Position numbers and translations under genes: made by a program
Assembly (NCBI GenBank): GCA_964057225.1
Contig: OZ059896.1
Location: forward strand, 14,818,001 to 14,882,000
DNA from: Auanema rhodensis
Taxonomy: Eukaryota > Animalia > Nematoda
Reading direction: 5' to 3'
Length of the DNA: 64,000 nucleotides
Part shown: piece by piece, positions 36,614 to 50,300 of the stretch
Numbering within the stretch: position 1 is the stretch's first letter
Layout: the number at the start of each line of letters is the position of its first letter
The notes under the pieces: model-generated
Database searches by the model: none
Told to the model about the DNA's origin: nothing
What the model saw: the letters and a program-made list of their open reading frames with translations, nothing else

Positions 36614-39600
36614 ATTTTCGCTTTAGCTTGTTTTGTAAAGTGTCACATTAGGCTATGCAAATAGTCAAAAATATAACGCATATATATGTAAAAAGATGTT
36701 GAGTTTGGTTTAATTTCATATCATAAATTCAACATAATTTTATCCAGTATACATTAAATGCTCGTTGTATATATGTTGTATCAAGCACCTATAGAGCGTG
36801 TACATGCCATGTGATATGCCTTATTTATTTTTAAATAATAAAAGACCTTTTCTAGCAACTGCTGCGTAATGGAATAAGAAAAGTGGATAGAGAAAAAGTT
36901 TAGAACGTTTTGCCATATCTGCAAATATAACTATTTCTTAACTTATGTTTTCAAAGAAATTAAACAGAAAGGTCCGCACTCCTCATTTTTTAGTCAGTTT
37001 TCAAACATGTATATATAGTGGTTATTATCCAAAAATTGTTCTTACTTTTGAAGATATTATCGAGTTGGAAATTATTTCTAATAAGTATATTAGCTAAGAA
37101 GGTTAAAATCGGATTTCTAGCCCTCTGTAAATGAATTAGCTGTTGGCTACAATGTCGGAGTCAACCAAATATTATGCAGCTGCAAAGAATACTTCTGAGG
37201 GCTATTCGTCTTCTATAAGAAAATAAGGATAAGCCAGTTCATCCTAATAAACGTAATAATCTCATTGCTGTTCTGTGATTTACATGGTAGTTTCTGCCAT
37301 AATAATCTTGATATATCCTTTACATGACTCATTCATGCAGTACTAATAAAACAAGTTATAAGATTCAGTAATAATGAAGCTGGGTCATGATCATATACTT
37401 CAATATCCATGTGAAAGCTATTTAGAGTAATAGCACCAAGGTTGAATAATGGTACATCTTTTAGATGAAGCTAAGTTGTTATTCTAAATTCCTTTTAGCT
37501 TTGTTGTATATTCCTTTACATGTATAATTAAACTAAATAATCAGAAATCGAATTAGGTCTCTAAATGAAAGAACTTAAAACGAAGGAGAAAAGAAGAAAA
37601 GTGTCAAAAAAAGTGGGATGTCGGTAGGCGTGTACTAAACGGAGGGGGCGGAGTCTCAGCTGGCAGGCAGCCTTTTCATGCTGGGTCTTTTCTGCCATCG
37701 TTGCGTGAGAGTGCTCTGCGAATTCTGTATTCAACAGGTGAAACCTTTGAGTATTAAGCTGTGTGGTATATCTATCGTCCAAATCTGTTCTATTATTTGC
37801 ACTGAATATTTTTTAATTTACAAAATCCGGAAATTGCTATTGCGTGAGCTGATTACTAATATGGGATCATTGAAGTAAGCGGTCTAATTTTTTTGTTGTA
37901 TTATCAGTACATTGTTTTTCTTTGTGTTAGAATATTTTGAGAAATTCAAGATAATTACGGATATGTATTGGCTTCGTTTACTCTGAATACTCATTACTTT
38001 CAGTATTTGAGCACAAATTGCTATAGACAAAGCGAGAGAAAACCTGAAGTTTTGAAAGACTCTTTTGCTGCTTTGCCAGATAAAGACGATGAAGTGGCTG
38101 AACATTATAATTACTTTCTCCGTTCCTAATTTATTATAAATAGCAAATTTCGTTTGCCAGTGACAAGACAAGCACTAAGTTTTGAATCTAAACAAATAAT
38201 TGTTCGTAGTGTTGCTTGAATGTTTCTCTTCTCTCTGTTCTCAGTATAGCTCTGCTCTTAGCCCTTGGTACATGCACGAATCCAAAGCTTGCTTTGTTCA
38301 TTATGTGGGGGGGGGGGGATTTGTCAGGCAGACTCTAGTTGATATTTCTAGGAGCATTTCTAGCAATCCACAATTTCCTTATTTTTCTATTTCTGTTTTC
38401 ATGCACGATTTTGGTAATCCCCTTTTTTATCATTAAAAAAAATGAGGGTACTTCAGAAACATTCAACTATATCGCCATACTTGATAAGTTTTTTTGTACT
38501 GAATAGAAAGTATTAGAACAGCTTTCGCTTCCACTTTCTTTGATTGATTTATTTAGCTCGTAGTTATGTTCTGTGACCTCTAACTATTTTTACATTAAGC
38601 TAACCCCGAAGATTATTGCTCGCGAAAAGCGCATAAGATGGTTCAAGCAGAAACTGACAAGTAGAACTTCGTTGCTTTTTTTGTGATCCGAGCGACTTGC
38701 GCTGCTCTCATTTAAGCTGTATAATCCAAGCTGGCTCGCTATCAGACTTATATATGTATGAAATTACAAACAGTCTTATGATGTTCGATTATTATAAGGC
38801 TCTTTTTTCTAAATTTTTTCCAATACTATTAGCTATGCCAGCTGGGTGGTCACGTTTCCCTGGTGATTCATCTACTATGAAAATGTATATGAATTGCCTT
38901 TTGAAGCAATTAGAAAACAAAATATATGAAAAATTCACTGCGGAATATAAAACGACAACAAAGCACACCTATTCTATTTACAACGGGGAACAGCTACTAG
39001 TTTTCAAAATTCAAAACAAACCGTAAATATGCATACCTGATCCGTTAATCTGATTTATTATTTGTCTACTGAATATAAACGGAGTGATGATACGAACCAT
39101 TAGCTATATACAACAGTATGATCAACATGTTGTATAGGGAAGTAACCATAATTGAGTTAACTGAATCTTCCGTCTCTTGAAAGCAAAATAATAGCTTTTG
39201 TTATTAGAAATATTTGTTTTCAACTTCATCTTTTTCTATTAACATTTCCAAAAATAATATGACTTATCAATGTAAACAAGCATTTACTCATCTTCAACAC
39301 TTTTCTTAATACAATTGTCATGTGCATACATGACATTCTTTGAAACAGCTTTCTATGTTTACAAAAAATGCTTGAATATGTGATGCTCGGGCATAATTCA
39401 AACTAGTTGTGATTTCAATTGTAACTAGATGAGCTACTAATTCTCAATTTTCTGAATTCAACATTGCCAGTGTTGATCTAGATTATACCGATGATTTTTT
39501 TGCAACGTCAAGTGGGAGAGAGAACGAAATATGAACAAACACAGTTGGTGACAGCTGAATAAAATTATGAATTGAACATTCATTGGATTTGTTCAATTAT

Positions 39601-42600
39601 ATACAACCAACTGGGCAAAAAAAAAGATTTACTGAAATACACGAAATAACTAATTCATTATTATCATTTTGTGCATGTCAATGAGTTTAGTCGAAGTTTT
39701 TGTGTCTTGTTTTTGCTCAAAGTTATCGGTAGAGTTTAGAATCAGAAAGAGCAATTCGAGGGACCACTGTAAAGACTACGCACTTTTCTAGCTCAACTAA
39801 CTTTTGCCTTATATCAATGTTCTCTTCTTCAAGGCTTGAACAACATTAAGCTCTTTATGCTTTGCTAGTATGATTTCGTGTACTTAGTGTTTTGAAAATA
39901 TACCTCTGAAATATGAAAATCCCAATAAGGTCTCTGAATTATTCATAAATAGATTTCACCTTTTTGTGTTAAAATTTAGACAGACCTCAGCTTTGTGGTA
40001 ATATTTCTTTGCTGTAACAAAGCGCTGACAATGAACAAATTGAAGATTACAAGAATATAAACCTTGTGTAGACTAGTGAAGCTTGAGGAAATGTTTCCAT
40101 GGATTCGAATAATTTCAATAAAATATCTTTTTTTTTAGGATGAAAACAGTATTTGTCCAAATGTAGAAAAAACAAAAACAGAGTTAAAAAAAGCAGTAAT
40201 TAGAAATGTGAATACAGAACCAAGAAGACTATAAGATGTTTGGTGGTCGCCTTGAGACCAAAAAATGATATTTTTCTGACTGACTTTAGAAAAAAAAGTA
40301 TTTTTCTGTTGAACCATTCGAATTCCTCAAAATCTCTCCGTTTGTTACCCAGCGTATTTATGCAAAAGTTAGAATAATGAAACTATTTAGGTCTCAGAAT
40401 AATTTCTCTCTGTTAAATTTTTTTTAATGTGCATACTCAAATTGCCTTTTTCTTCTTGGATCCTTTGAATGTTGCTCTGAAAAGCTTTTCACATTTAGCT
40501 CAAAGGTTGGAATAAATTAGATATTAATTGGAGAAAGATTTATGAATGGAATTCATATCTGAACGGTTGATCTGTTAGCTAAGAAGTAAGCGGCTTGCAA
40601 GACTGACGGGTCACATTGGCCATTGAAGTTAGTGGCTAATCATATCTGATTATGATAGATAGGGGATGTTTAAAAACTTCATTTTCAGTCTAAGTCAATT
40701 GAAGTATTAGTTCAAATTTGGAGCAAAGCTATTAAAGGATTTATTTTATTTAACGCGTATTCTTTCTATTGTTCCCCATGGAGACAAAATAATAGCGATA
40801 TAACTCAGACTTTAGTTTACAACAGAACAGTTACTATTTCATTTCTCATTTTTGTCGATTTGCTGTCTTATTTCTGTTCTTGGTGAGCTCACTGCTGGAG
40901 CCATGAACCAATTCCATCCATCCATCCTGACAAGCAGACAAACAGACTAAGAATCACATAAGTTGCCTCAAGGTTTTATAGCTATTTCTTCCTTTTTAGC
41001 TTGGCCGTCTATTGAAACTCCGGAAAGGTGTTCACCATATGACCGCGGCACGTGTTGCCATATTAGGCAATTCTACTGACACAGTGAACCATGAGCAGAA
41101 AGTCTCTTTGATCTTTTCTAGCTAAAAATATTTCCCTTTCAAGTAATGCATTGCACTCACTGAGAAATACGGGAGAAAAAAGTGGAATATTTATTTTACA
41201 ATGAATAAGGTGGACATTTTTTGTCATATTGAGCGAATAATGAAATCGAATTGTTTTTACCCGCATAATTTTTTTTGTGGTTCTCCCAACTATATGAAGT
41301 AGGCAAGCAGATTTTATGTTAATTAAAGGTCTACAACTTTAAACGTATAAAAAATCACGTAATTCGGACACTCATTTCTTTTGCCCTTCAATTTGCGAGT
41401 AAACGGTTGTGCTTCCAACTCTTCTTCTCAATCTCTCATTCTTTTGCTCTCTTTTATATTGAGAATCGAAAGAATTGATCGTAAATCTAATTAAAATAAT
41501 AGTCTTGAACTTTGCTCTTTCATCTATACTTAACATCTTAGACTTAAATAAATAGAATCTGTATTACTTCACATAATTATTCCTTATTTAGAAGCAACTG
41601 ACGCTATGCAGGAAAAAAAGAGAGTAGAAAATGATTCCTAAGTATTAGGAAACTATTAAATGTGCATTTTGGTCAAAAGTAGATGTCACACATCAAATCA
41701 TGACACGCCATTTTTTGCCCACTTACCCCTAGTATAAACTATAACATTCTGGTTATATGAAATACGATATAAGGATATCTGCAAACACCTGCCCAAAACA
41801 TTTATTAATTTATTGCTAGCATACAATTGAAATTTGCAAATTTTTTTAACATTATTTCAAGAGGTCTTCAAGAAGTACACACTAAGGATATTAGTCCGGC
41901 GATGTTTAAAGCATCATTGCGCTTATTATTAGCACAACGACAACATACACACACAGCCACCCAGTGCAAAGGTGTGATGGGATTGCCTTGCAACCATCGG
42001 AACAAGTTCATTCTCAGTTCTTTTGGGACACCTCAAAGAAATTAGCTTAATGAAGGGAAATAAGCGATATAATTAGATATTTACTCTTATCTCTTTGTTT
42101 CTGAAAGTTTTGATTTATTCATATTTCTTCATCGTGTTTTTGAATTTATAATAAGAAAAGCAGAGACATTAAGTTGATAATAGATTCTATTATTATGAGC
42201 TCACAGTAGAAAAAGATATATGAATGCTCGCATGGCCTTCATTTATGATCAGAGTCACAGCATCGGCGTCTGAATATTGAAAAGACTAAGGACATCTGAA
42301 ATATCAGATTACGGGACGATGCGTAAAATGAAGAGTCAGAAGAGCATCATCCTTTTCATTGATGCTTAGGAGAAGCTGCACATGAATCTTCTATATTCGC
42401 TCTTTCACAATTTCCCATTCTCTCCCTCTCTCTCATTCACCCACATTCTCGTCACTAGCTTCTATCTAACACACGTAGTCCATACACACATATATGAAGT
42501 ATAGAAGATGAGAAAAGTCAACAAGTGGCTATTCTTTTTCACATAATGTATGACACTAGAAGTAGGGGGGAAGCTGATGTCGCAATGCGAAAATGTCTTT

Positions 42601-44526
42601 TTCTTCTAGATATAACTTTGTTCTTTGTTTTCATACTCTATTGAACTGTTTTATGCTTTATGCATACTCAAAAAGCATTTAAGAATTTTCTTCTGATTAC
42701 CTTACTTCCTATATTTTCAATAAAAAAAAGACAAAAACAAAGGATGTATTCTGAATAACATCTTAGAACAACAAAAAAACTCTTTCTGGGGATTTTTGGT
42801 AGTTTCCGGTCACAACATTGTAGTCATTAAACAAAAAACAATGTAATGTTATATTCCCTAAGATCATGATGAGGGGTAGAGACACCCTTCCTTGTTTTAC
42901 AAGTGTATGCCTGAGCAACGACGACCAATGAAGCTTTCATTCCCTGCGGGACCTTTCTTTTGATGAGACAACTATCTTCATGTTGCGAGGAAAGATATGA
43001 AGCGACTGAAATACATAGTTATTGCTTATATGAAAAGAAGCTTATTTATGTGCGTGATGTGCTGATAGTCTTTCAAATATTGCAGGGAAATTGAAAATGG
43101 TATAATCGAAGCTGGGTTGCAGAGTAAAAACTTTTTAATGAACTTCGATATTTTTTGAATAAAATCTAAATCTCTATTCATTTAAAAAAATGACTACGCT
43201 GGTATCAAAAATCTACTATTATTTGATTGCAGATCTTTCGGACATCAACTAGCCGATTCTGTCAGACGACTACTTCGTTCTCCACGGCAAACTCACAGTC
43301 GAATGTTTTTCAAACGACGTGAAGGAACAATGGACACATATTCAGATTTGAGGTATACTTCTATAAGTATAGTAAATAACAATAACTTTCAGCACACCTA
43401 ATTCTACTAGAAGTGTTTCATTTATTGAAGCTATTTCCTGGCCGTTTATTGATGATGAAATCATAGAATAAAGCTAAAAATCAGATGAAACTCAAAAACT
43501 ATTGTCGCGTCATGGCAATATTGAATATCACTTGAATATTGATACAAATCTCTGAAAAAGGCATTTTTTTCCAATAGTATAATGTGATCTCTATTTTCCC
43601 GATGACTATTTCCATTCATGCCAACGTAATATGTTTTACATTTTATTTTACCATATTCATGATGTACATATGCATATAGTTTTTTAAGACCTGATTCTGG
43701 GTAGTTCAAGTGAAGTTACCTAATATTGTTTTTTTTTAATCAATCAGATTTTGTTTGTTAATATTATTAAGTCTTTATTCCAATAATTGGTTAAATTTTC
43801 CTTTTCAAACATTTTCCTTGTTTATCAGCGGCTTTGTATATATAGCGGTATATTGAAAAAGGTTTTGATACACGGTTCTGAGATAAATATTAATTTCTTA
43901 CTCATTTCCGTTTGTTTTTGTTATTATACCTCTTTGATGCAAAAAAAATATTGAACAAAACGAACATAAGAAATATTCAACCGCACGTCATACTGCTACA
44001 ACAAGAAATGAAACATTTAGAAGCTGAAGTGAACTGTAATATGCAAATATTATGAAATTAAACACATATTCAATGTATGAAACTTTTTTTTATAATATAT
44101 TTTAATAATATGAAACTGAAGTATAGAGAAAACTTGTGTTTTTTATTACATCCACTTCCGGTTAATGTGACATACAAAGCTTTTTGAAACTTTTCACACG
44201 TACACTGATTTTAAAATGTTTACAATTCAATAGATTTATAAACATACTGAATTATGGGCGTCTGTTCTAGTTCAAAAATTGCCCTAGTCTCCTTCATTCA
44301 ACATGATTGGATATATCATGCATAAAAGCGATTTGTTAAATGGGAGAGCATAAAATGTATAAGTGTAAGTTTCCATGAAAGTTGATAACGAGTAAGAAAA
44401 AGCTGTATTTATTGTGAACGACATAATATTTTAATTTGAAACAATGAAATGTACTAATAGAAAAATGGACTGAACATAAGATTATGAGTGCTTAAAACTG
44501 CTCGTGTTGCTATCCATCTTGGAAGT

Positions 44527-45496
44527 TTATTTCCTTTTTTTTTTGAATTTGTCATGGTTTATGAATAAGGGCATATAAGCAACAATCAAAGAATAGGTGA
44601 TGTTGCCAATTGAATTATAGAAGTTTATTATGTAAGTCAACGCATATTCTTTGAATGTTGAAGCTTGAATATTTTCATATTTCTTCAATAGAACGAAGTA
44701 TATGTGGGAGTATGTGAGAATAACTCCATATGAAGGCTAATTTACTTCAAAAGAATGCTTAGGCAATTACCAATCTAAGGGGTAACACTTTTACTTGCAG
44801 CAATTTGTGAGATCTTAAATGGAATTGGAAACCGCTACAACATTCTTTCCCACTTTTCATGTTTAAAGTTACTATGTTTCCAAGGCCAGTTCTAGCTTTG
44901 GAGCTTATAAAATGAAGGGAAACATATCCGCATGTGGTTGTAAAAATTCCGTTTCCAGAAATTATCTTCCTTCCGTCTGAGTGAGCGATTTACAGAATTT
45001 AAGGGTGAATTTCAAAGAAATAACATTAAACATCAGCCTACTTATTCTTTTCAGAAAAAATACGTAATACTACTATTGTTTTAAAGTAATATGTTTCAGG
45101 ATATTCATTGGTTCTCCCAAACTTCAACACCCTTAAAAATATATTCTGAACTGAATAAAAAAATAATAAAAAGCGTGTATTTCCTTGTGTATATTGAGGA
45201 ATATAATCTGAAAAACAATGGTAGTAAGACCAGGTAAATATAAACAAAGCCTACTTTTTAGAACCCATGAATAATGAATACGTGGGAGGACATTTATTGA
45301 AAAGGCGATAATAATCACAATATATAACATAAAAGGTGAAACAATAAGTAGAAACAACAAATAAAACCATATACCCTAGATAAATTTAAGAAGAGCATAA
45401 TACACGTAAAATTGTAAATCACAAGTAATAGAAACATGATAAATCTCAAATAATACTATTATAGCATTAGGTTCCATTCATATTGTGTTAATGTTA

Positions 45497-45546
<50 letters not shown>

Positions 45547-45861
45547 CTTTAAAACATAGTTTAGATAAGTACAATTAGAAAAATATAAATTAGTATTGGT
45601 CGGTATACAAGTAGGGTTTGTTAAAATGCTTATAAATATCATGAACAATGATTTTTCAAATTATACTTAAATGTTTCTGTATCTCCAAGAACAAAAGCAT
45701 ATAAGGGCTGGAATAATAAACAGAGCTATAAAACTTTTAAAGAACAGATACGTATCTCCATTGAATGGTCTAAAAAAAAAATTATAGCTGAATCTAAAGT
45801 GAGAAGCGACGAGGAACATGCAATTCATGCAAGCAAGACAATAGCATTCACTAAACATCAC
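44527..45861 (-). CDS. Possible multi-pass membrane protein of unknown family (exon structure unresolved)
   Basis: Several hydrophobic open stretches on the minus strand (FIALFIIPALICF; LFLLIVSPFMLYIVIIIAFSI; terminal ...YNSIGNITYSLIVAYMPLFINHDKFKKKRK*) with plausible splice sites. No family recognised. Confidence 0.3.
45497..45538. repeat. (ATG)14 microsatellite
   Basis: Perfect trinucleotide run. Confidence 0.95.
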
Positions 45862-45901
45862 ATCAGCGTTAACATAGAAGAATTTAAAAAATTATAAAAG
45901 C

Positions 45902-46577
45902 CTACAAATCATAGCCTGCAGCACGAGCTTGCTTCATTAGTTCTTCTTGTTCTTTGCGAGTCATCGGTTCTACAACGTATACTAGCAAATAAGTACACAT
46001 GAAACCCAGTAATGCCATGAGGGTGAAGAAAGCTAATGTCGCTAACCTAACCCCTTCGCTAAAAAAACGTGAAAAGCGAAGATTATTACGTTCTTCACAT
46101 AACATACTCATCTCTTTCTTCAGGGGCCGTTTCACCGTTTTCATCTTGAATGGCTTGCATTGCGCTCTTCTTGCTCCTACGACTATGCTAAAAAACAGAA
46201 CTTTAAGATAACATTTTAGATAAGATCATTTACGGGTAAAGCTATTTGTGTATCAGGACGATACTCGTCATAAAGTTCTCCCGGCTTTTTTCCGGCTTTC
46301 ATTTTAGCTATAACTTCGTCTGCTAATTTTCTGGCTTCTTCTGGACTCATCGGTGATTCCTTCAAAATTAGTAGTAGAGTATGGAACAGTTACAAAATAC
46401 TACCTTTGCTACTTTTAAGTCATCTACTCTTGCTTTTTCAAGTAATTTATCACTGGACACTGCTTCAGATTCTTCTGTGAAAGAATTCGAAGATCCAGGC
46501 TTGTTGCCACAATCATCGTCCTGCTTAGGGCAAATTATATTAAATTGATTTTGTAGTTCAAAACAAACTTTTTGCAT
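45902..46577 (-). CDS. Small single-pass membrane protein, uncharacterised
   Basis: Five exons joined in frame by GT-AG introns: MQK|QDDDCGNKPG...KVAK|ESPMSPEEARK...IALP|HSRRSKK...ERD|DEGVRLATLAFFTLMALLGFMCTYLLVYVVEP...AGYDL*. Confidence 0.7.
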
Positions 46578-47390
46578 ATTAATTATTTTTCCTAGCTGAC
46601 GATAATTATTCGTTGTATGTTCTAAAATAACATAATTATACAATTACTGAAGGTTATAATAAAAACATTGAAATAAATAGTTGAAACCTGACGTTTTAAA
46701 AGTGTATTCAAAATAAAATTTAAAAATCGATCAGAAGTTCAAAAAATGAGTCATGGTATTAAACTACAAGTTAATAATAGCTTGATTAACTGAAAAATAT
46801 TAATAATAAAGAAAATAGTTCTAATGATAACATTTTCCCTTAAACCCAACACTAAAAAACGATAACGAAGCAGGAAGAAATATTTGAAGAATTATAATGT
46901 TAAAAATTTCAGATATTTCTGGTGTAAAACCAAATAAATGCCAATATAACAAGAAAATTTAATACAACAAAACGACCAAAGAAACAAATTTGGAATTGGT
47001 AATTCGAAAGCCGGAACGGGATGTGTCCGCACCCCAGTGCGATCGGGATGACGTTTTGATGCACATCTACTTGTTCAATGTTTGAATCATGAAGTGTGGC
47101 TAAAATCCAATAAAAAACTATTTATTATTATTACTTTTTGCACATTTGAAATGGAAACTACAATGATAAATCTGTTAATAGAATTTTGCAGTTAGATTGA
47201 GGAAAAGCCAAAAAATACTTAAACAACATGGCTATTTTGAGCAATCTTAGTGTCATCAACGATAAGGAAACGATAAACAATACAAAAATGATCCTTGAAG
47301 ATCTAAAGCATTGACCATGATTCGTTGAAAAATAAAAGGCACACAGCTAAGGCAAGGTAAGGTGTACTGTGAAGTACAGAAAGAAAAACA

Positions 47391-50300
47391 TTATGGCGCA
47401 ATGGCGAAGGGGCTTCCAGGAATCTCCTAAAGGAAAAGATTTCAATGTCACCGTTTAGTATTCAAGGACCCACCTGTTCACCATATTTAATAAATACAAA
47501 TCCTTTAACACGATCGGGGATTCGATATGAAACGGCATAGTGACCATTTCCTTGATGCTTAACGATTACTTCGTCACATGGACCCTTTGTGGTTACTACT
47601 CCAACCATCAAAAGATTCGTTCCTGCAATTCAAAGACGCATTATTTTTGAAAAAAAATCAATAAATTCGAACCGGCTAAGCCAGTGTCAATGGTGAAGAC
47701 AGAAGGACGACCAGGGAAGAATTTATTGAGACCGGCACCCTTGGCAACAACCTTAAATAACGTTTCAACGAAATTGGAAATTTTTATATGAACCTTAGAA
47801 GCATCTCCCTTATATTCAGGAACAGTAGCAACATTTCCTTTACTTGTTTTCGCACCAGCTTCAATCTTAACTTCAGCAGACTCATTAAAACCGTTTCCTC
47901 CCAAAACTTTTCCGTCGATGGTAATTTTGTAAGGGGAACCAGGAATATGTACACCTGAAGAGAAACTTAAAAATAAATACAGCATAAAGAAGCCATACCA
48001 TTATACTTAACAGAAGCATAGTAGTCACCTGGAGCAAGAGGAGTGTAACGTACTTTGTAACCTTGAGTTGTCTAAACAATGGAGAAGATACACATGTTAT
48101 AGCCAAAATACATACCTCGTAAGCGTCTAAGGTTACTTTGCTTGGACCATCAATCTGGCAAGTCAAAATACCAGATCCAGCATTTACTGTTTTGATGTTA
48201 AATTCACATTTCTGGAAAATAAGCTCAAACACGATTCAGAAAAAAAATAACTCACATGTCCTGTCTCTCCTGAAACCAATCCAACTCCTTCAGCATGAAT
48301 AGCAGTTGGATCACTTAGATCAGCTCCACCAACACGGATACGGAAAGGAGAATCTCTCATTGGAGCTCCATCTAAGGTCACATGAATGTAGTGATTTCCT
48401 GCTTCCTTAGGAATGAAACGAAGAGCGTAGCTCTCTCCCTCTTCAATAGGTACGATATCGATGGTTTCCGTGACGTGACTTGGTGAAGTTACCTAAATAA
48501 AAATAATCATAAATGATTTGCACTCAAATAATTTACTTTAGCTTCCAAATGTCCTCTAGCTCTGTGGGTAAGTACAGTGAAAGTGAAAGCTTTTCCAGTA
48601 GGAATACGGTCATGGAAAGAAGCTAACTCAAGCTTACGAACTTCACCAGTGGCAGCAGCAATGAACACCTAAATGTTTTTTTTATTAAATCGGTGTTATT
48701 AGAAATATTACCTTAAAAGGCGAATCAGCTATGTGTGTGCTATTGAACTTAACGGCTACATTGTACTCACCAGGAACGGCAACTTGATATTCAACATGAC
48801 AGTTGCCATCCTATACATTTTCATTAAAGGAAATATTAAAATTAATGGCTTAATTATTTACCTTGTGGTCCTTAAATTCAATTGTAGGCTTACTTGGTCC
48901 TTCAATAGATACATCCAATTCTCCCGCGCCTGCTTCACGAGTATATATATTAAAATATTGTTTGCTGTTGGTTTCTCCTCTGACGACTCCCAAACCAGAA
49001 GCACGCACCTAAAGAACAAAATATATTTACAAAAACAATTCAGTATACAAACCTTATGAGCACCTCCTTCCTTGAAAGAACCAACGGTAAATTGGAAAGG
49101 AGAACCGTTGATGTGAGTATCACGATGCAGAATAGAGAGAGCATGAACTCCTTCTAATTCCGGACGGAATCTAAGAATGTAAGATATCACAATTTTACGT
49201 TAGACACTGTGTTACCTGATCAGGTAGAAGTTATCTCCTGTATCTCTCATTTCAACGTCTTCTGTATGTCCCTTGGGATCCATAACGCGAGCAGCAGTAT
49301 CCATAGGAGAACAGTTTGCGAGTTTCAAATATAAGACAGCCTCTTGATTAGGTAGACACATAGGAGCCTAAACAAGCGAAATATTTCATTATTACTAAAG
49401 AAGAAAAATATTATTGTCATATCATGGATATTTCACTTTCACGTCATTCTCATAAATATGTTGCTATATAAAATCTCACCTGTTCGGTTCTCTTTTTCAA
49501 AACGCCTTGAATAGCTCCAACTCCTTTTCCAGTACAATGTACTGTCAATGGACTATCTGAAAATATCAAGGCAATAATTTTCAAAGAAATATAATATCTT
49601 CAATTGTTCATCTTGTACGCAGCTGTTTTGTTTTAATATTTCTTTTTCGTCAGATCTGTGAAACAACAACATGCTCATGTAATGTAGAGTGAAATGATTC
49701 TATTGTCTAAGTATTAATGTGGGGAGTGGGCAATGCTTACATTATCTTAAGATATTGATATGGTGTAAAAAGAATCCTAACAGTAACATATTACCACCTA
49801 TCCAATATTTTATAATGAGCAACTGTGCGCTCTTTTTTCTCTGGTTAATTCTCAAACAATCTCTTGAATGCAACAATCGGTTTCTCAGTAGGCTGTCACC
49901 TGATAACGTTTTTAAAATTATGTTTTGAACTAGTGAGCGACATCTGTCAAAAACATAATGATACTGTTTTCAGCGCAAGAAAAAGTTCATCCCACCCGGA
50001 CAAATCGCAGATTGAAAAGAATGCATTGCAAGCTTTCCCAGGTTCCAATTTATAAAACATACGTGCACGTTCACTTATTGTCTATTTTTCAAGATCCCTG
50101 TTCTTTGCGGACAACATCGTATGTGAGTTTAACTACTGAAGTTTATTTATGAGAATGTTCTTTCTGGACTATGGTAGATGGTTTGAACAGAAATAGGAAA
50201 AAAATTGAATTACGATATCTCAAATTGATTAAGATGCTAGTGAAAGAAAACTCAAGCGGATATAAAGTTATGCCTAAGATCCACAATAACTCGGTCCACT

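Noticed and set aside
38600-38685. GGTTCAAGC B-box-like motif followed by a T run
   Set aside because: No A box, cloverleaf or upstream PSE/TATA; insufficient for a Pol III gene call.
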